Below, one piece after another: positions 38,101-51,700 of a DNA stretch of 53,565 nucleotides (position 1 is its first letter; each line of letters begins with the position of its first letter). The DNA lies in the NCBI GenBank assembly GCA_043228905.1, contig JBHGNT010000205.1, positions 1-53,565 of the forward strand, in the 5' to 3' direction. Origin of the DNA: Azolla caroliniana. Taxonomy: Eukaryota > Plantae > Polypodiophyta. The notes under the pieces were generated by a model. It searched no databases. It saw only the letters and a list, made by a program, of their open reading frames with translations, and had not been told where the DNA came from. A program made the position numbers and the translations under genes.

Positions 38101-40227
38101 CCTGTGCTCGGGGTCCCAGAGTCGGTATCCGATCTCGCCTTCAGGTCCATACCCGAGGAAAACGCATTTCCTTGATCTCAGTTTGAGTTTTCGGCGGTCG
38201 TCTTTCGGTATGAAGGCGTATGCCTCGCAACCGAAAATCCTCAGCTTATCATAATACGGCTTTCTGCCGGTCCATAATTCCTGAGGTATCTTAAGTCCTA
38301 GAGGTCTACTTGGTGACATATTGATTATGTGTACTGCCGTGAGTAGAGCCTCTGCCCAGAAGCCATCCGACAGTCCGGAGTGTTGGAGCATGGATACAAC
38401 GCGTTCTTGAATCGTTCGATTCATGTGTTCTGCGATTCCGTTCTGCTCCAGACTATATGGTGCCGTATATTCACGTTTAATGCCGCGTTCTCGGCAAAAT
38501 TTGACGAATTCATCAAATTTGAACTCACCTCCATTGTCGGTTTAGAGACACTTCAATTTCCGACCGGTCTGGTTTTCGACCATTGCGAGCCAATCTGAAA
38601 AGATCGAGAACACCCGATCTTTGCTTCTGATGGGGTAAGCCCACATCTTCCGAGTCGAGTCGTCAATGAGACTGACGAAGTACGAGGCATCGCCGAGTGA
38701 CTGATGTGGCATCGGGTCAAAGACGTCCAAGTGGACCAAATCGAGCGGGCTCGACTCTCTTGGTGCTGATGTCGGGTGTGATGCGGCTACCTGTTTGCCG
38801 TACTGGCAATGCTCGCAAAACTGATGGTCCGAGAAGGAGAGTTTCGGGATGTATCTGGCTTTGGATAGGTGCGTGATGTCGGCCTTGCTGAGGTGTCCAA
38901 GTCGTCCATGCCATAAGGATGACACAGGGATATCTACCAGAAATAAGTCACCCTCTTTGAGTGTGACATACAAAGGGTACAATGAGTGTACCTTTGGTCC
39001 TCTAGCAAGCAGGAGGTTCCCTCTGTGGAGTGTCCACCCTCCTGATGAGAAACCAGCACGGATGCCAGCTTCATCAAGTTGTCTGACTGAGATCAGGGGT
39101 CGTGAGAGCTCAGGAACGTGTCGGACGTTGTGTAGTACAAGTGTAGAGCCACCCGGAAGGTTGAGCTCTACGGTGCCGATTCCGATCATAGCACAGTGCT
39201 GCGAATTTCCGACTCGAACTGAGTCGGAGTGCCGGTCCGAATATTGCCGAAACTGTGATTGGTGAGGTGTCACGTGATACGACGCGCCCGAGTCCAGAAG
39301 CCATGTGCTCGATTCCTCAGTCGTAAGCAGAACTTCTGATTCGACTGGATTCTCTATGGACAATATGTTCGGGTCAGTCGTCAATATCTCGGCTGAAGAG
39401 CCGACATAGTTGACTTTCTCAGGCCGGTTACTCCTCTGATCAGCTCTCTGAGCTTTGTCTGTCTTTGACTTGAGTACCCGACAATCGGCCTTGATGTGTC
39501 CCGGTTTCTTGCAGTAGTTGCAGATTCGTGTTTCCCGGGACTTGCTGCTGCTTCGGTAATTTGTCGGCGGTCGGGAAGAACTTCTTCCCCGGTTGTTTGA
39601 TCGGTCGGTCGAACCTTGTACAACATAGGCTTCTTCTGCCGAGTCTTTGGTGAAAGACTTTCTTCGAGCTGCTTCAGTCAGGATTGCACTTGTGACTTCG
39701 GAGTACTTGATGGCAGTCGTAGAAGCGTTGCACACAGTTGTAACGAAGGTTTCCCAAGAGGAGGGGAGACTGCTCATGAGTATCATTGCTCTGAGTTCAT
39801 CCTTGATTGTCGTCCCCTGTGACGAGATTTGGGAGCTCAAACTTTCGTACTTGTTAAGGTGTGCCTGAACCGAATCAGAGTCTTTCATCCGCAAGTTGTA
39901 GAGGCACCGGATCAAATACATCTTCGTTGAGGCGACTTTCTTTTCGTAGGTTTCCGACAGCTTCTTCCAAAGTTCGAAGGCTGTCGTGCACAATTGCACT
40001 GTGAAGTACACTGACTCCGACAGGTGCATCCAAATCGTGGCGCGAACGATTCTGTCCAGCTTCTGCCACTCATTTGCCTTGTATATTTCTGGAGCAGTTT
40101 CATTCTCAATCGGATCGATCTGACCCTTGACTATAAGATAGTCCTGCATTTGCTCCTTCCAAAAATTGAAGTTCAAACCGTCGAACCTCCTTAGACTCAT
40201 TTCCGATGAGCCGGATGTTGATGCCAT
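35144..40227 (-). pseudogene. gag-pol: Copia gag-pol, disrupted (stops, Gypsy insertion, deletion in RNase H)
   Basis: ORF 40227-38542 has gag, CNYCKKPGHIKADC, WLLDSGASYH and the IN start; ORF 37516-36764 has RT (IIYVDDMLL); ORF 35466-35144 has RH (YTDSDFAG, SKHIEVRYHF). Confidence 0.92.
35467..36763 (+). mobile_element. 5' fragment of a Trp-primed Gypsy (LTR, PBS, partial gag) inside the Copia RT
   Basis: LTR 35467-36132 (TGTCG...CGACA); TATA CCTATAAAA near 35840; PBS TGGTGAACCCGAGGTGA 36138-36154; gag 36276-36763 homologous to 14293-13680. Confidence 0.88.
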
Positions 40228-42230
40228 CAGATTCGGTTTTGGTTGATGAAGCTCGGTTCGGAGTTGACTACGAACCTTTTTGGAGTGCAGCTGGTCAGCT
40301 CACCCGATATCGTTCTAGTCGGATTTGAACCCGAGTCGGTTCGGCTTCGGATATATGTATTGTTGAACTTGCTCGAATTGACTCCGGTAACTTGAGGGAT
40401 AGAACCGACTGGTCTTCCCGAATGTTGCCGAGTCGGAGTGAGCCCGGTTCGCTTCCGAATATATATGCCAAATACCGATTATTGAAACTGATTGTCTGGA
40501 CCGATTCTACTTCGGGTGACTGCAGCGACGAGAGAGACGGATCCAATTGATCCTCCCGAATGTCGATCAGCCGGATGAAGCACGAATTGGGGTTGTTGTC
40601 TTGAGACCGATCTGCACCGAGTGGTTACAACGGGCGGCGAGCAGCGTTCGATGACTTGTTCGGATGCCGTTTAACCGAGTGGAGCACGATCATGTCAATG
40701 TTGCACAAGGTGATTTCACCTTGAGTGGTTACGATCACAAGGAGCAGAGTACAGCCGGCTGGCTTACTCCAAGCGAAGATGATCTAACACGATGAGATGC
40801 AAGCCTCGTTTTTCTTCTTCTTCTCTCTTCTCTGTTTCTTCAAATACAAAGCAAAAAAAAAAAACAGAATGTTGTGATCCAAAGATTCGAATGGCGGCCG
40901 ACAGCGGGATGAAGGACATCCAAGCTCTGATACCAAATGTAGGGAATGAACAAAGCCGTCAGTGCGGAAGAGATCACACAGTATGAATCTATGAGGAAGA
41001 AATACCTACGTATGAGAGAGGCAAGAACAAGATACGTACAGAGAGAGAGAGAGAGAGGCACAAAGCATATATCTATATTCATAAAAAAGGGGCAACAGTT
41101 ACAACAATGAACAACCAACATTTACAAAAGGTTACAAAGTCACTTTATATAGTGACTCACATAGGGCAACTGCCCTTTATGTTATTTACAGAAATAGCCC
41201 GAACTTGGGCTCTCTAAGAGAATAGTGTGAATACGTCCATTATACATTTGTATTCGACAATGGTAAGGTTTGTGTTCCAGGTTTGCCTGAGGTCAAAAAG
41301 AGAATTATTTTTGAATGCCATGATGCACCCTCAACAAGGCACCATGGAATACATCATACACTCGTTCTCATCTCCACTCAATTCTATTAGCCTAAGATGC
41401 GTCCTGACATACATAGCTATGTGACTAAATGTCACCAATGCCAGGTTAACAAAGCCGAGCAACTTAAAGCCGTAGGACTTTTACATCCATTGGACATTCA
41501 AAATAATAAGTGGGAAAGTATATCCATGGATTTTATTGTTAGCCTTCCTCGCACCCCAAAAGGCCATGATGCCATCTGGGTTGTGGTTGATAGACTAACT
41601 CAAATGGCCAGATTTATTGCTACTAAAACCATGGTAACAACTCCTAAATTGGCTTACCAATTTGTTGACGAGTTATTTCGTTTTTATGGGTTACCGATGG
41701 ATATCGTGAGTGATCGAGATCCAAAGTTTACTAGTGACTTCTAGATGCAAGTCTTTAAGAAGTTAGAAACTACATTGAGCATGAGCTCCACGGATCATCC
41801 TCAATCCGATGGACAGACAGAACAAGTAAATGAAATTACTGAGGACATGCTTCGAGCATAAGTTGGTGCAAAACCAACAAAGTGGGAATGTTATTTCCCA
41901 AATTTGGAGTTTGCTTATAACAGCTCCAAGCATACGTCGACAAGATATAGTCCTTTTATGTTGATGTATGGTTTTCAGCCACGAGCCCAATTGATGTTAT
42001 TATACATCATGATGAGTTGTGAAGTACGCAAAGCTTTCTTTGGGATATGCAAGATATGTTGCATATTGCACGAGATAATATAAAAACAGCTGAAGATAGA
42101 GCGCATTTTTACGCCGATCATAATAGGCAACCTCGAGTATTCATCCTTGGACAGAAGGTATTTTTACATGTACCTCACAATTCCAAGACATTGTCTATGG
42201 GTAAGTGCGCTAAGTTAGCGCCACTGTTTT

Positions 42231-45200
42231 TGTTGTTCGGTCGACAATTGATACTTTGCCGACACAGTATAAGATGAACGTTCGTACCGAACGTCCTATC
42301 AAGAAGTTGTGGTTAAACAAATAGATACGAATTAGTTGTAAACTTATCAGTGACAATAGACACCGAGATCGTGACTTATGTAATATAGTTTAGACAGAAT
42401 GAAATAGATAGCAAGAGCGATTCGTACACAGAGATTTCCTAACTAAACTTTATATTACTAATTACAATGATAGATCTTTTACAATGCCTTTGGTTCCTTT
42501 TATAGGTAACCCGAAGGTCTTTTCTCATCAAGAAATCCTACTGCCTATAATTATCAAGAATTGCAAAACTTCATAACTAACTATGTCCTATTCGGCTAAC
42601 TGCTGAGTCATCAATCCGAACTATCGATACGACTCCGACTCCGACTTCGAACTTCCTTTTGACTCCGACACATCCATACTTGTCCGGGTAACACTTGGCA
42701 CGTCCGTGGGCCAGTGCGATTCCCGAAGAATGACGGATTTTTCGAATTGTCGTACTACTCTTGTCCAAATACCATATACTCCTTTATGATACAGAGTGTC
42801 ATTCAAAAGACAAAAATTATGACTCCGTACCGCCAACCTTTTTCTTTTGTCTGTTTATAGATGTTTGGGTGGTATCCCTGTTGTAAGAAAGATTGTCATC
42901 TCTGAGATCCAAGTATCCTCCCTTTCTTCATTTATCTCTTGTGCATTTACTGCTTCCACTCGAAAAAGCTGGGCATCCACAAAATCATCTTTGACACCTG
43001 TGCCTTCTTCTCCTGACTCCAGTCGGCTGAGATAATCAGCCACTACATGCTGTACTCCTGGCCGATGTAAAATGTCAAATTCAAATTCTTGGAGTAGAAG
43101 AGTCCATCTTGCTAACTTACCGGTTAATTCCTGTTTTGAGACCAAATAAAGAAGAGCCGAATGATCAACATGAAATGTAAACTTTTTTCCTAAAAGATAG
43201 TGTCGAAATTTATTGACAATATAGATCATTCCCAAAGCTTCCCTCTCAGTGCTAGAATAGTTTCTCTCCGATGTCGAGAGTTTCTGACTAGCATAGTATA
43301 TTGGCCTGTACCAATTCGGTTCGGTCAATTGCGATGCGTCGACAAAAACATGCAATAGCTTATTCCAGTTAGGTGGTTGAACCACTGGAACTTTGGACAA
43401 CATTTTCTTGAGACAATCATATGCATCCTGTTCCACGCTTTTCCACTGAAAAGGAACTTTGTGCACTGTTGTATGTAAGGGCATGGCAATATCCGCAAGA
43501 TATCTTATCATTCTATTGTGCCATCTAATTTGACCTAAAAACCGACTAAGAGCTTTCGCATTTGTGGGTGCCGGTGCTTCCAGTATGGCTTTAACCTTGT
43601 AAGGGTCCACTGCAATTCCTTCTTGACTGACAATATGGCCTAATAATGTGCTACTAGTAACCCCGAATGTGCATTTTGCCGGATTTAAACTAAGTCGACC
43701 TGTCCGACATTTCTCCAAACACGTAAATGCTCAAAATGTTCATTTTTCTGACTATAAACCGCGAAATCATCCAAAAAGACTTGCATAAATGCAGGAATGT
43801 AATCCCCAAATATTTCCTGTATCACTCTTTGGAATGTCACTGGGGCGGTCTTCAAGCCAAACATCATTACTACCGCTACAAGCACTCCTCACTCTGTAAC
43901 AAAAGTTGTCTTTTCTTAATCTTTCGGATTCATCCGAACCTGATTATAACCACTAAAACCATCTAGAAAACTATATACTTCATGGCCAGCTACCACATCC
44001 AATATACCATCCGTAAATGGTAATGGGAATGCATCCGTAACGGTAGCCGCATTTAGTTTTCGGTAGTCGACACATACTCGAATCTTGCCATTCTTTTTCA
44101 GAACAACTACGATTGGACTTAACCATGTTGATTTTTTCACCGGACGAATAAACCCTACTTTCAAAAGTTTAGCTATTTCTTCTTTTACTTTAATAGCATA
44201 ATTAGGATTTAATCGGTACCTGCGTTGTTGAACTGGCTTTGCATCCCTATGCAGGTTGATTTGATGTTGACAGAAAGCTAGATCAAGGCCCTTCATATCT
44301 TCAAAAGACCATGCAAAGACATCCTTATATTGCTTTAATAATGCAGTGAACCTTTGTTTGTCAACTTCTATCATATCTTTAGCAATGAGTACTGTTTTCA
44401 ACTCATTGTCCTTATCTTCTTCTGCCAAATTTATTTCCTCCAATGCTGAAGCTTGAACTCGTTGGGACACCTTCATCTCTCTGTTGGAAGCTTCTTGTTG
44501 AAGTCGTATTTCCTTCATTGCTTGCTCATCTATTGGCAATTCCTCATGGGAATCCACATATGGTGTTAAGGCTTGTAAAATATCCACTTTGAACAAAGGA
44601 ATGATTTTCGGATTATCATCAAAATACTGATTTTCTTCAACCTCATCTAATCCTTCCATCATATTGACGGACTCAACATACACAGGCAAACATTGTTTGC
44701 TTGTCACAACCTTGTTTTGTGTAGACGCCGAAATTTTCGTTTTGCCTTTTCTAACTGTCAGTTGATTCTGATTCCAATTCTGCTTGATGTTAGCAATTTT
44801 TAACCATGGGCGATCTGATAGCAAAGGATATGCACCAGGAGCTTCCAAATGAAGTATTACTGCCGATATCAAAAAACTATGAGCACCCAACACCACCTCT
44901 AATTGTCGGAGTAAGCCAATTGGTCGTACCGTACTGGTATGTGCCATTCTTAGCCAAAATGGGCAAGCTTCCCATTTAGTAATACCCAACCTATCACAGA
45001 TGGTTTTATTAATGACATTTACTCCTGAGCCACCATCGACAATCGTATTTTCGATTTCCTGACCATGAATTATTACTTTAATCGATGGATTTTGCTCATC
45101 CATGATTGAAGGATTGGTGCTTGGCTAACTATAGTGTACCGATACTTGTTCTGACCCTTTTTGGGCCATCAATGTCGCCACCTTTTCGGTAAATCTAGGA

Positions 45201-47428
45201 ACCAACTTGAGTAATCTGGTTAGTGGTAGTGATACTTGGCAATCTGCCAAGATCTTCCAAGTTTCCTTTTGTTCTGGTACAACCATATCTCCTGGTAATT
45301 CGGTAGCTTGGTTAATTTCATTGTCTTGGAGCATCCGGTTTACATTATTTTGGTTTGCTTCCTCTAACCATTCCTTGGCTGCTTTACGGACTGCTTCCTG
45401 AATCTCCCACTCAGATTGTTTACTTTTGCTTCTAGTGGTTACTTGCTGTATTTCTGTTATAACCATATTAACCGCCGGTCCTTTTCCCTTAGCAGGACAC
45501 TGATTAGCATAATGACCAGTTTGACGGCAAATATAGCAAGTAGGAACAAACGTTCCACTTCCCTCGCCTTGCACAAACTGACTAGTCCCATCATTTTGCA
45601 ATGATAAACTGTTGACCATCATTCCCATTAGAATTCGGCGATTGTTGAAACTGTTGTGAGGCTTTCGGTTTGTAGAATCTTTTATTTTTATACCGGTTCT
45701 GCTTAACCCGTCCTCCATTTTGCGGTTGCTGATTCATATTCGGTACTGCTGAGAATTCTTGATTTTGTTGAAAATTATTTTGTTGAAAATCTTGATTGTG
45801 CTGAAAATTATTTTGTTGAAAAGCTGGATTCTGTTGAAAATTATTTTGCTGAAAGGCTTGATTTTGTTGAAAATTATGTTGTTGATTTTGTGGAAAACTA
45901 TTCTGTTGGTACCCATTATTGAACGAATTCTGATTATTTTGGTACCCGTTTTCGTACCACAATAATCAGAAAACGGGTTACCTATAAAATTTGTCTGACC
46001 AGAGCCGTCGTCTTATTGAGCAAGTTATACTCACATTGCTCGACCGAATGAAGTTTAGAATGACATATTGTGCAATGCATTCGTAGACTACATTCAATCG
46101 TCGAATGACCAGTATTTAAACAAGTAGTACACTGAACCACTTCCCAAAATTGTAACTCCTCCATCGTTGGAAGTGTACGATTTAGTGCTGACATATCCAT
46201 ATTCCGTACATTTATCGGCGGTCGGCCCATAGTGATTGCCTTATCAATCACTTGCTCGATATTCTGATTCCGCAAATCGAACACCTTAAGTGTTGTTCGT
46301 AATGGTTCACTAATTGCTTCAAGGAATACATCCTTCAATTCATTGCCCGGAATCGGCCTGGAAATTTGAAGTTGTAAATTCTTAAAATGGATCACGATTT
46401 GAGACTCTGTTTCATGTTGCTTCTGATACAACGCATAAAATTGTGCTATCAAAACCTTTTGAGGTATCTGACGATGAAATAACTACAGAAATTTGGTGGT
46501 CAAGTGTTTGAATGCTTCGAACCCACAGAGACCATTTTGCGCAAACCAATTAGCGGAATAACCATCCAATGACAAAACAAACTTAGCAATCTTAGACTTA
46601 TCTTCGGCTGCCGCCGACAGTCTCTAAGCTCCATGGTTAATCTCCCATGTTGTTAGGAAATCCCTCACATGCGCCTCTACATCAGTTCCCTCACAGAACT
46701 TAGAATACGGATAAGGCATATTATCCTCACTCCAGATATCGTAAAATGATTCCTCTTTCGGCTGATTTTCGTCCGAAGACTGGCTATCAGTTAAATCAGG
46801 AAGTACAAACCACATTCTACTTGTTTCCGGCTGAAATTCCTCAGTCGATTCTATCTCTAGTGCCTTCGTAACAGAACGTGTATGAGGACGTTTACAACCG
46901 ACTGGCGTATCCGGATCAGACAACATCCATTCGTCTTGTTCTCTGCTATGTGCAGATGTAACCGGGCGTGCCAAATTATACTGTGTTGTTTGGTCGACAA
47001 TTGATACTTTGCCGACACAGTATAAGACGAACGTTCGTACCGAACATCCTATCAAGAAGTTGTGGTTAAACGAATAGATACGAATTAGTTGTAAACATAT
47101 CAGTGACAACAGACACCGAGATCGTGACTTATGTAATATAGTTTAGATAGAATGAAATAGATAGCAAGAGTGGTTCGTACACAGAGATTTCTTAACTAAA
47201 CTTTATATTACTAATTACAACAATAAATCTTTTACAGTGCCTTTGGTTCCTTTTATAGGTAACCCAAAGGTCTTTTCTCATCAAGAAATCCTACTGCCTA
47301 TAATTATCAAGAATTACAAAACTTCGTAACTAACTATGTCCTATTTGGCTAACTGTTGAGTCATCGATCCGAACTGTGGATCCGACTCCGACTCCGACTC
47401 CGACGCATCCATACTTGTCCGGGTAACA
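42231..47428 (-). mobile_element. Ty3/Gypsy LTR retrotransposon B (same clade as A), integrase and 3' region deleted
   Basis: LTRs 42231-42693 and 46984-47428; TSD GTTTT at 42226-42230 and 47429-47433; PBS TGGCACGCCCGGT 46973-46961; gag, PR (IVDGGSGVN), RT (FLDGFSGYNQ, VFLDDF), RH, ending at the integrase RESH motif. Confidence 0.97.
42712..46930 (-). pseudogene. gag-pol: Gag-PR-RT-RH of Gypsy B, disrupted
   Basis: ORF pieces 46624-47109, 45982-46452, 45591-45962, 45125-45718, 43916-45103, 43685-43885 and 42855-43718 carry the expected domains in order. Confidence 0.92.
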
Positions 47429-48787
47429 GTTTTGTGGACCTTGTCAAGTCCTCAAATGCATTGGTTCATCAACCTATCGTCTCGCTCTTCCCGAGGCATT
47501 GAAATCCATCTAGTTTTTCATGTAAGTCGTTTAAAAGAACTTCTAGGTTTTGGCAACAATACAATTACAATTGAAACTCTGGCTACTTCTGAAGAATTAT
47601 CTTCTAAACCACATGTACCAGAAAGAATTCTCGATGTTAAAACAAAAAATCTGCGTACTAAAATAATCCGAGAATTTAAAATTAAATGGATGGATAAATC
47701 TATCAAAGATGCCACATGGGAACGCGAAAATACTCTTAGAACTAACTTCCCTAACTTTCCATTGCAAGAGTGCAATGTTTTAAAGAGGGGGAGTATGTTA
47801 CAGGCATGACAATATAATATCCCATGCTTAGAATTTACCGTATTATTCTATACACGTGGAAAAGTGTGAGGGTTAAATGAGAGTGTAAAGAAGGGGATGA
47901 TTACTTTTAATCCTCGGGATTGAGACAACCCATTAGGCCAAGTGTGAACTTGACAGGAACTACACACTCCCTATGCGCAACGCTCGACCACAACCGAGCT
48001 TAGAATCAAACACAGAAAACGGGAAATAAAGGCGCGACACAAAGGAGAGAAGAGAACATAGGATGTTAACGTTGTCGTGCCTTTCGGCTCCGGATCGTTG
48101 CGTGAGTCGGGTGGGAACCGCCGAGGTTTTGGACTAGGAGGAAGAAAAATACAAATAAGGCTAGTAAAGAATAGGTATAAAGAGTTATAAGATAAGAATC
48201 TTGTGAATCCCACGAGTTTAGTATATTTAGTCAATATTTAGGTAGTAAGAGAGAATTATTTTAGCAAATTCGTGAATCCCACGAATATTTTAGATTGATT
48301 GATCATTATAGGAAAAAAAAATCAACAAAAACTACAATATGCTCCCCATTCTTATATAGTGATGGGAGAGACTAAGCATAGCTACATGCTTTTTTCTAAT
48401 ATGTTCATGCACACTAAATGTGCATGTGATGCTTTTCTAATCCTTGCTTTTATTTGCTAAATATAGTGCTCAAGCACACTAGATGTGCATGATTCACTTT
48501 TTAGTTGCTTGCGTTTTTCTGTAAAATATTCACGCACTCTAAAAATGCATGATTTACCTTTTAATAAAGGTAGGCGCAAATAAAGCACTTATAGTTATTA
48601 AATCTATTTGTAGAACATTGAAGATAAGGTAGCATAATGGTAAAGTTGAGGTTTGGCTACGTGGAGGTATAGGGTTCGAATCTTGCCTTATGCGTGTGAT
48701 AAATATTTTGATATATTATTTATTTATTTATATGTATCTAAAATCGGATATATTATTTTATGGTTTTCACGTAGTGTGTGGAATACA

Positions 48788-51700
48788 CTACGACACTCGC
48801 CCCCTCCGAACCCGCACATCCTCCGGTATGTGCCGAAGTTCTCGATTCCTCATATCCGTCTTCACCCAAGCTTCCTCCGATTCTCCCCTAATGTCGACTA
48901 TGAGTTGTAATTCACTTTCTTCGCTTCCCGCATCACCGTGGTCTTCGTTCGATTGCTCCTCGTTGTCGGCCTTGGCTTGGATCACATAGGGTTTGTCGTC
49001 GGTCCGCTTCTTGAAAATCTTCACCCGCTTCCCGGCTATAGGCACTCGTAGTATTGTTCCATCCAACTCGGACAGTCGGTACGTTCCGTTGTCGAAGACT
49101 TTCCGAACCTCGTATGGCCCGAACCACCTTTTCGCGAATTTCCGCATCGTTGTATGTTGATGGTCCAAACTACTGTCATAGACGATCACCCAATCTCCTT
49201 CTTCAATCCTCCTCGGTCGTAGTTGGTGCTTTGTGTCGAACCGGCTTTTGTTCCGGAACCGTGCTTCTTGTTGTCGGCGTATTGCTTCCGCTATGTTTGC
49301 CAGTCTTCCTTCTAGTTGTCGTATCCGGACCGCTAGTAGTTCTTCCCGCCTCATCTCTTTCTTCCACGGTAGCACTGTCCATGTTGCGATCGCGGTTTCC
49401 GTCGGCATTACCGGTGCTTGTCCAGTCATGAGTTCTGCCGGCATGTAACCGGTTACGGAGCTATGCGTCGTCCGATCCGCCCATAGTGCATACGGAAGCA
49501 TCTGCGGCTAGTCCTTCACCTTTCCATCGCATGCCTTCGCAAGTGCTTTCACGATCGGACTATGTCCTCGTTCGATTTTCCCGTTGGCCTCCGGATTGTA
49601 TGCTATTGTCAGCGATAACCGAACTCCGTGTTTGGCGAAGAATCCCCTAGCTTTGTCCGAGTCGAGTTCTCCCCGGTCCGCAATCACTTGCCCTACGCAC
49701 CCGTACCTGCAAAATACTTCCTCCAAAAGAAATTGGCATACCGCGGAACACGTTTTCCTCTGAAGTGCTCGACCTTCTACTTGACTCGTGAGATCTTCCC
49801 GAGCTAATACCAAGTATTTCTTTTGTCCAATCCCGGTAGGCATGGCCATCATGTCGACCATCCACTTGAAGTTGATTGTCGGTGAGAATGTCGGATGTAA
49901 CTCATCTCGATGTCGAACCCCGGAGTAGACTTTGACATTTCTCGCAGCTTTCCGTGAACTCCGCGACATCTTTGTACATTTTCTTCCACCAATATTTTTG
50001 CTTGATCTTCACAAATGTTGCCCATGTTCCTCGGTGTCCAGCCCAATCAGATTCGTGAAACTCGGACATTATCCGGTTTCGTTACTCTTTTGTCCCGACT
50101 ACTCGAAGTGGTATACCATCCGGTCTTCTCGGCGCCCTCCATATTAATCCGTTTTCCAAGAAGAACTTTTGGACTTGCCTCTTCTTCCTTCGGATCTCGG
50201 CTCTTCTTCCTTTATCGTTTGTTGAGTCCTCGGCCTCTTGTAACATCTTTCCGATCATCAAACTTTCTCCCTCGTATTCTTCTTCCCGGAATTCTCGGAT
50301 TACGTTCACTCGGCATATGTGCTCCGACGCGAAGTAGTCTTCGGAAACTTCTTCATTATCCGATTTGGTTATGTCGTCTCCGAACCGAGCCCTTGATAAC
50401 ATATCCGCTACCGCGTTGTCCTTCCCCGAGATGTGTCGAACCTCCGGATTAAGTGACTTGACATATGCAACCCACCTTAGCATAGCTACATCCGGTATCG
50501 TACAACACCGCATCATCCCGAGTATCGGAAGACAATCCGTCTCGATCACCACTTCGGCTCCGATCAAATAATCCCGATCCGATTTTATCGCCGACACGAC
50601 TCCCCATAGTTCTCTTTTGACTTGTGCATATCCACGTTGCCTTTCGTTGAGAACCTTTGCTCCGAATCAGATCGGATACCGCGTACCATCCGAGTCGGCT
50701 TGATTGATGACCCACCCGATACCGGTTGGACTTGTATCAACCGTTACTATGATCGGTCGGTCATAGCTCGGCTTCTTAAGTGCTTCCGCCCTCCGAAGTG
50801 TCTACTTCAATTTCTTCATGGCTTTGGTGTGTTCCGGTTTCCATTCGAATTTCTTACCTTTCCGCAACAAGTGGTAGAGTAGGTCCGCTATATGTGCATA
50901 GTGTGGAATCCATATGTGATAGAATGCACATGCACCGAGAAACCTTCGGACTTCGGATGTTGACTCACATATTTCCTCCATAGCTTGAATTGCATCGATC
51001 TTTGTTGGTGACGGTCTTCGGCCGTAGGGCCCACATAGATGTCCGACCACCAATATTTCTTCTTGCCCGAATGCCGATTTCTTCCCGGAAAGTGTTAGGT
51101 GCACATCTTCTAGCTTTCGCAACACTTTCTCGCAATCATGAATATGGTCGACCACGAACTTTCGGCATCCCCAATCATCCATAGTCTCATCTTTTTCTTC
51201 TACCGCACATCCTTTCATCGGAATGTCATCGAGGAACGACATCGTTATCTCCGGAATGCAGTCTCGAAGCACCTTGTTCATCGCGTTCATCATATGAGCA
51301 ACTGAGTTTGTCGCTCCTTGTGGTAGTGTGCACATTCGGACTAATCCTATTGGTGTTCGCATGGTTGTGATATCTCGGCTCTCCACGGCTAGTTGGAATT
51401 GGTCATACCCCGAGTATAGGTCTCCGATGGAGTATATCGCACGACCGGCAAAAGCTTCCGCAAATTCGTCCACTATCGGACCGACTCCCGAGTTCCGGAT
51501 CGTGACCTTATTCACCGGTTGCAAGTCTTGGATAAATCGGAGTGACCCATTCTTCTTCGGAACCGTAAACCATCGATTTGAGTACGGAGCAATTGATGGC
51601 TCTAGAATCCCCATCGCCACCTTCTCCTTGAGCAAGTCAATGACTTTCGGAATATGCGCTCGTGGCACCGGAATCGGCTTCAGGTTCCACGGTACATGGT

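Larger units (their letters stand above)
34599..41259 (-). mobile_element. Ty1/Copia LTR retrotransposon (Tnt1-like)
   Basis: LTRs 34599-34949 and 40938-41259; TSD ATGGT at 34594-34598 and 41260-41264; Met PBS 40935-40924; PPT GGGGGAG next to 34949. Confidence 0.97.
34071..48072 (+). mobile_element. Chromovirus-type Gypsy remnant (RH-IN-chromodomain, PPT, 3' LTR), host to nested insertions
   Basis: RNase H (TDASDYAIG, WRHYLYG) 34071-34598; integrase (WESISMDFIV, IVSDRDPKFTS, HPQSDGQTE) 41265-42225; HLVFHVSRLK and chromodomain PERILD...IKW...DATWE 47434-47770; PPT AAAGAGGGGGAG; LTR from TG at 47796. Confidence 0.9.
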
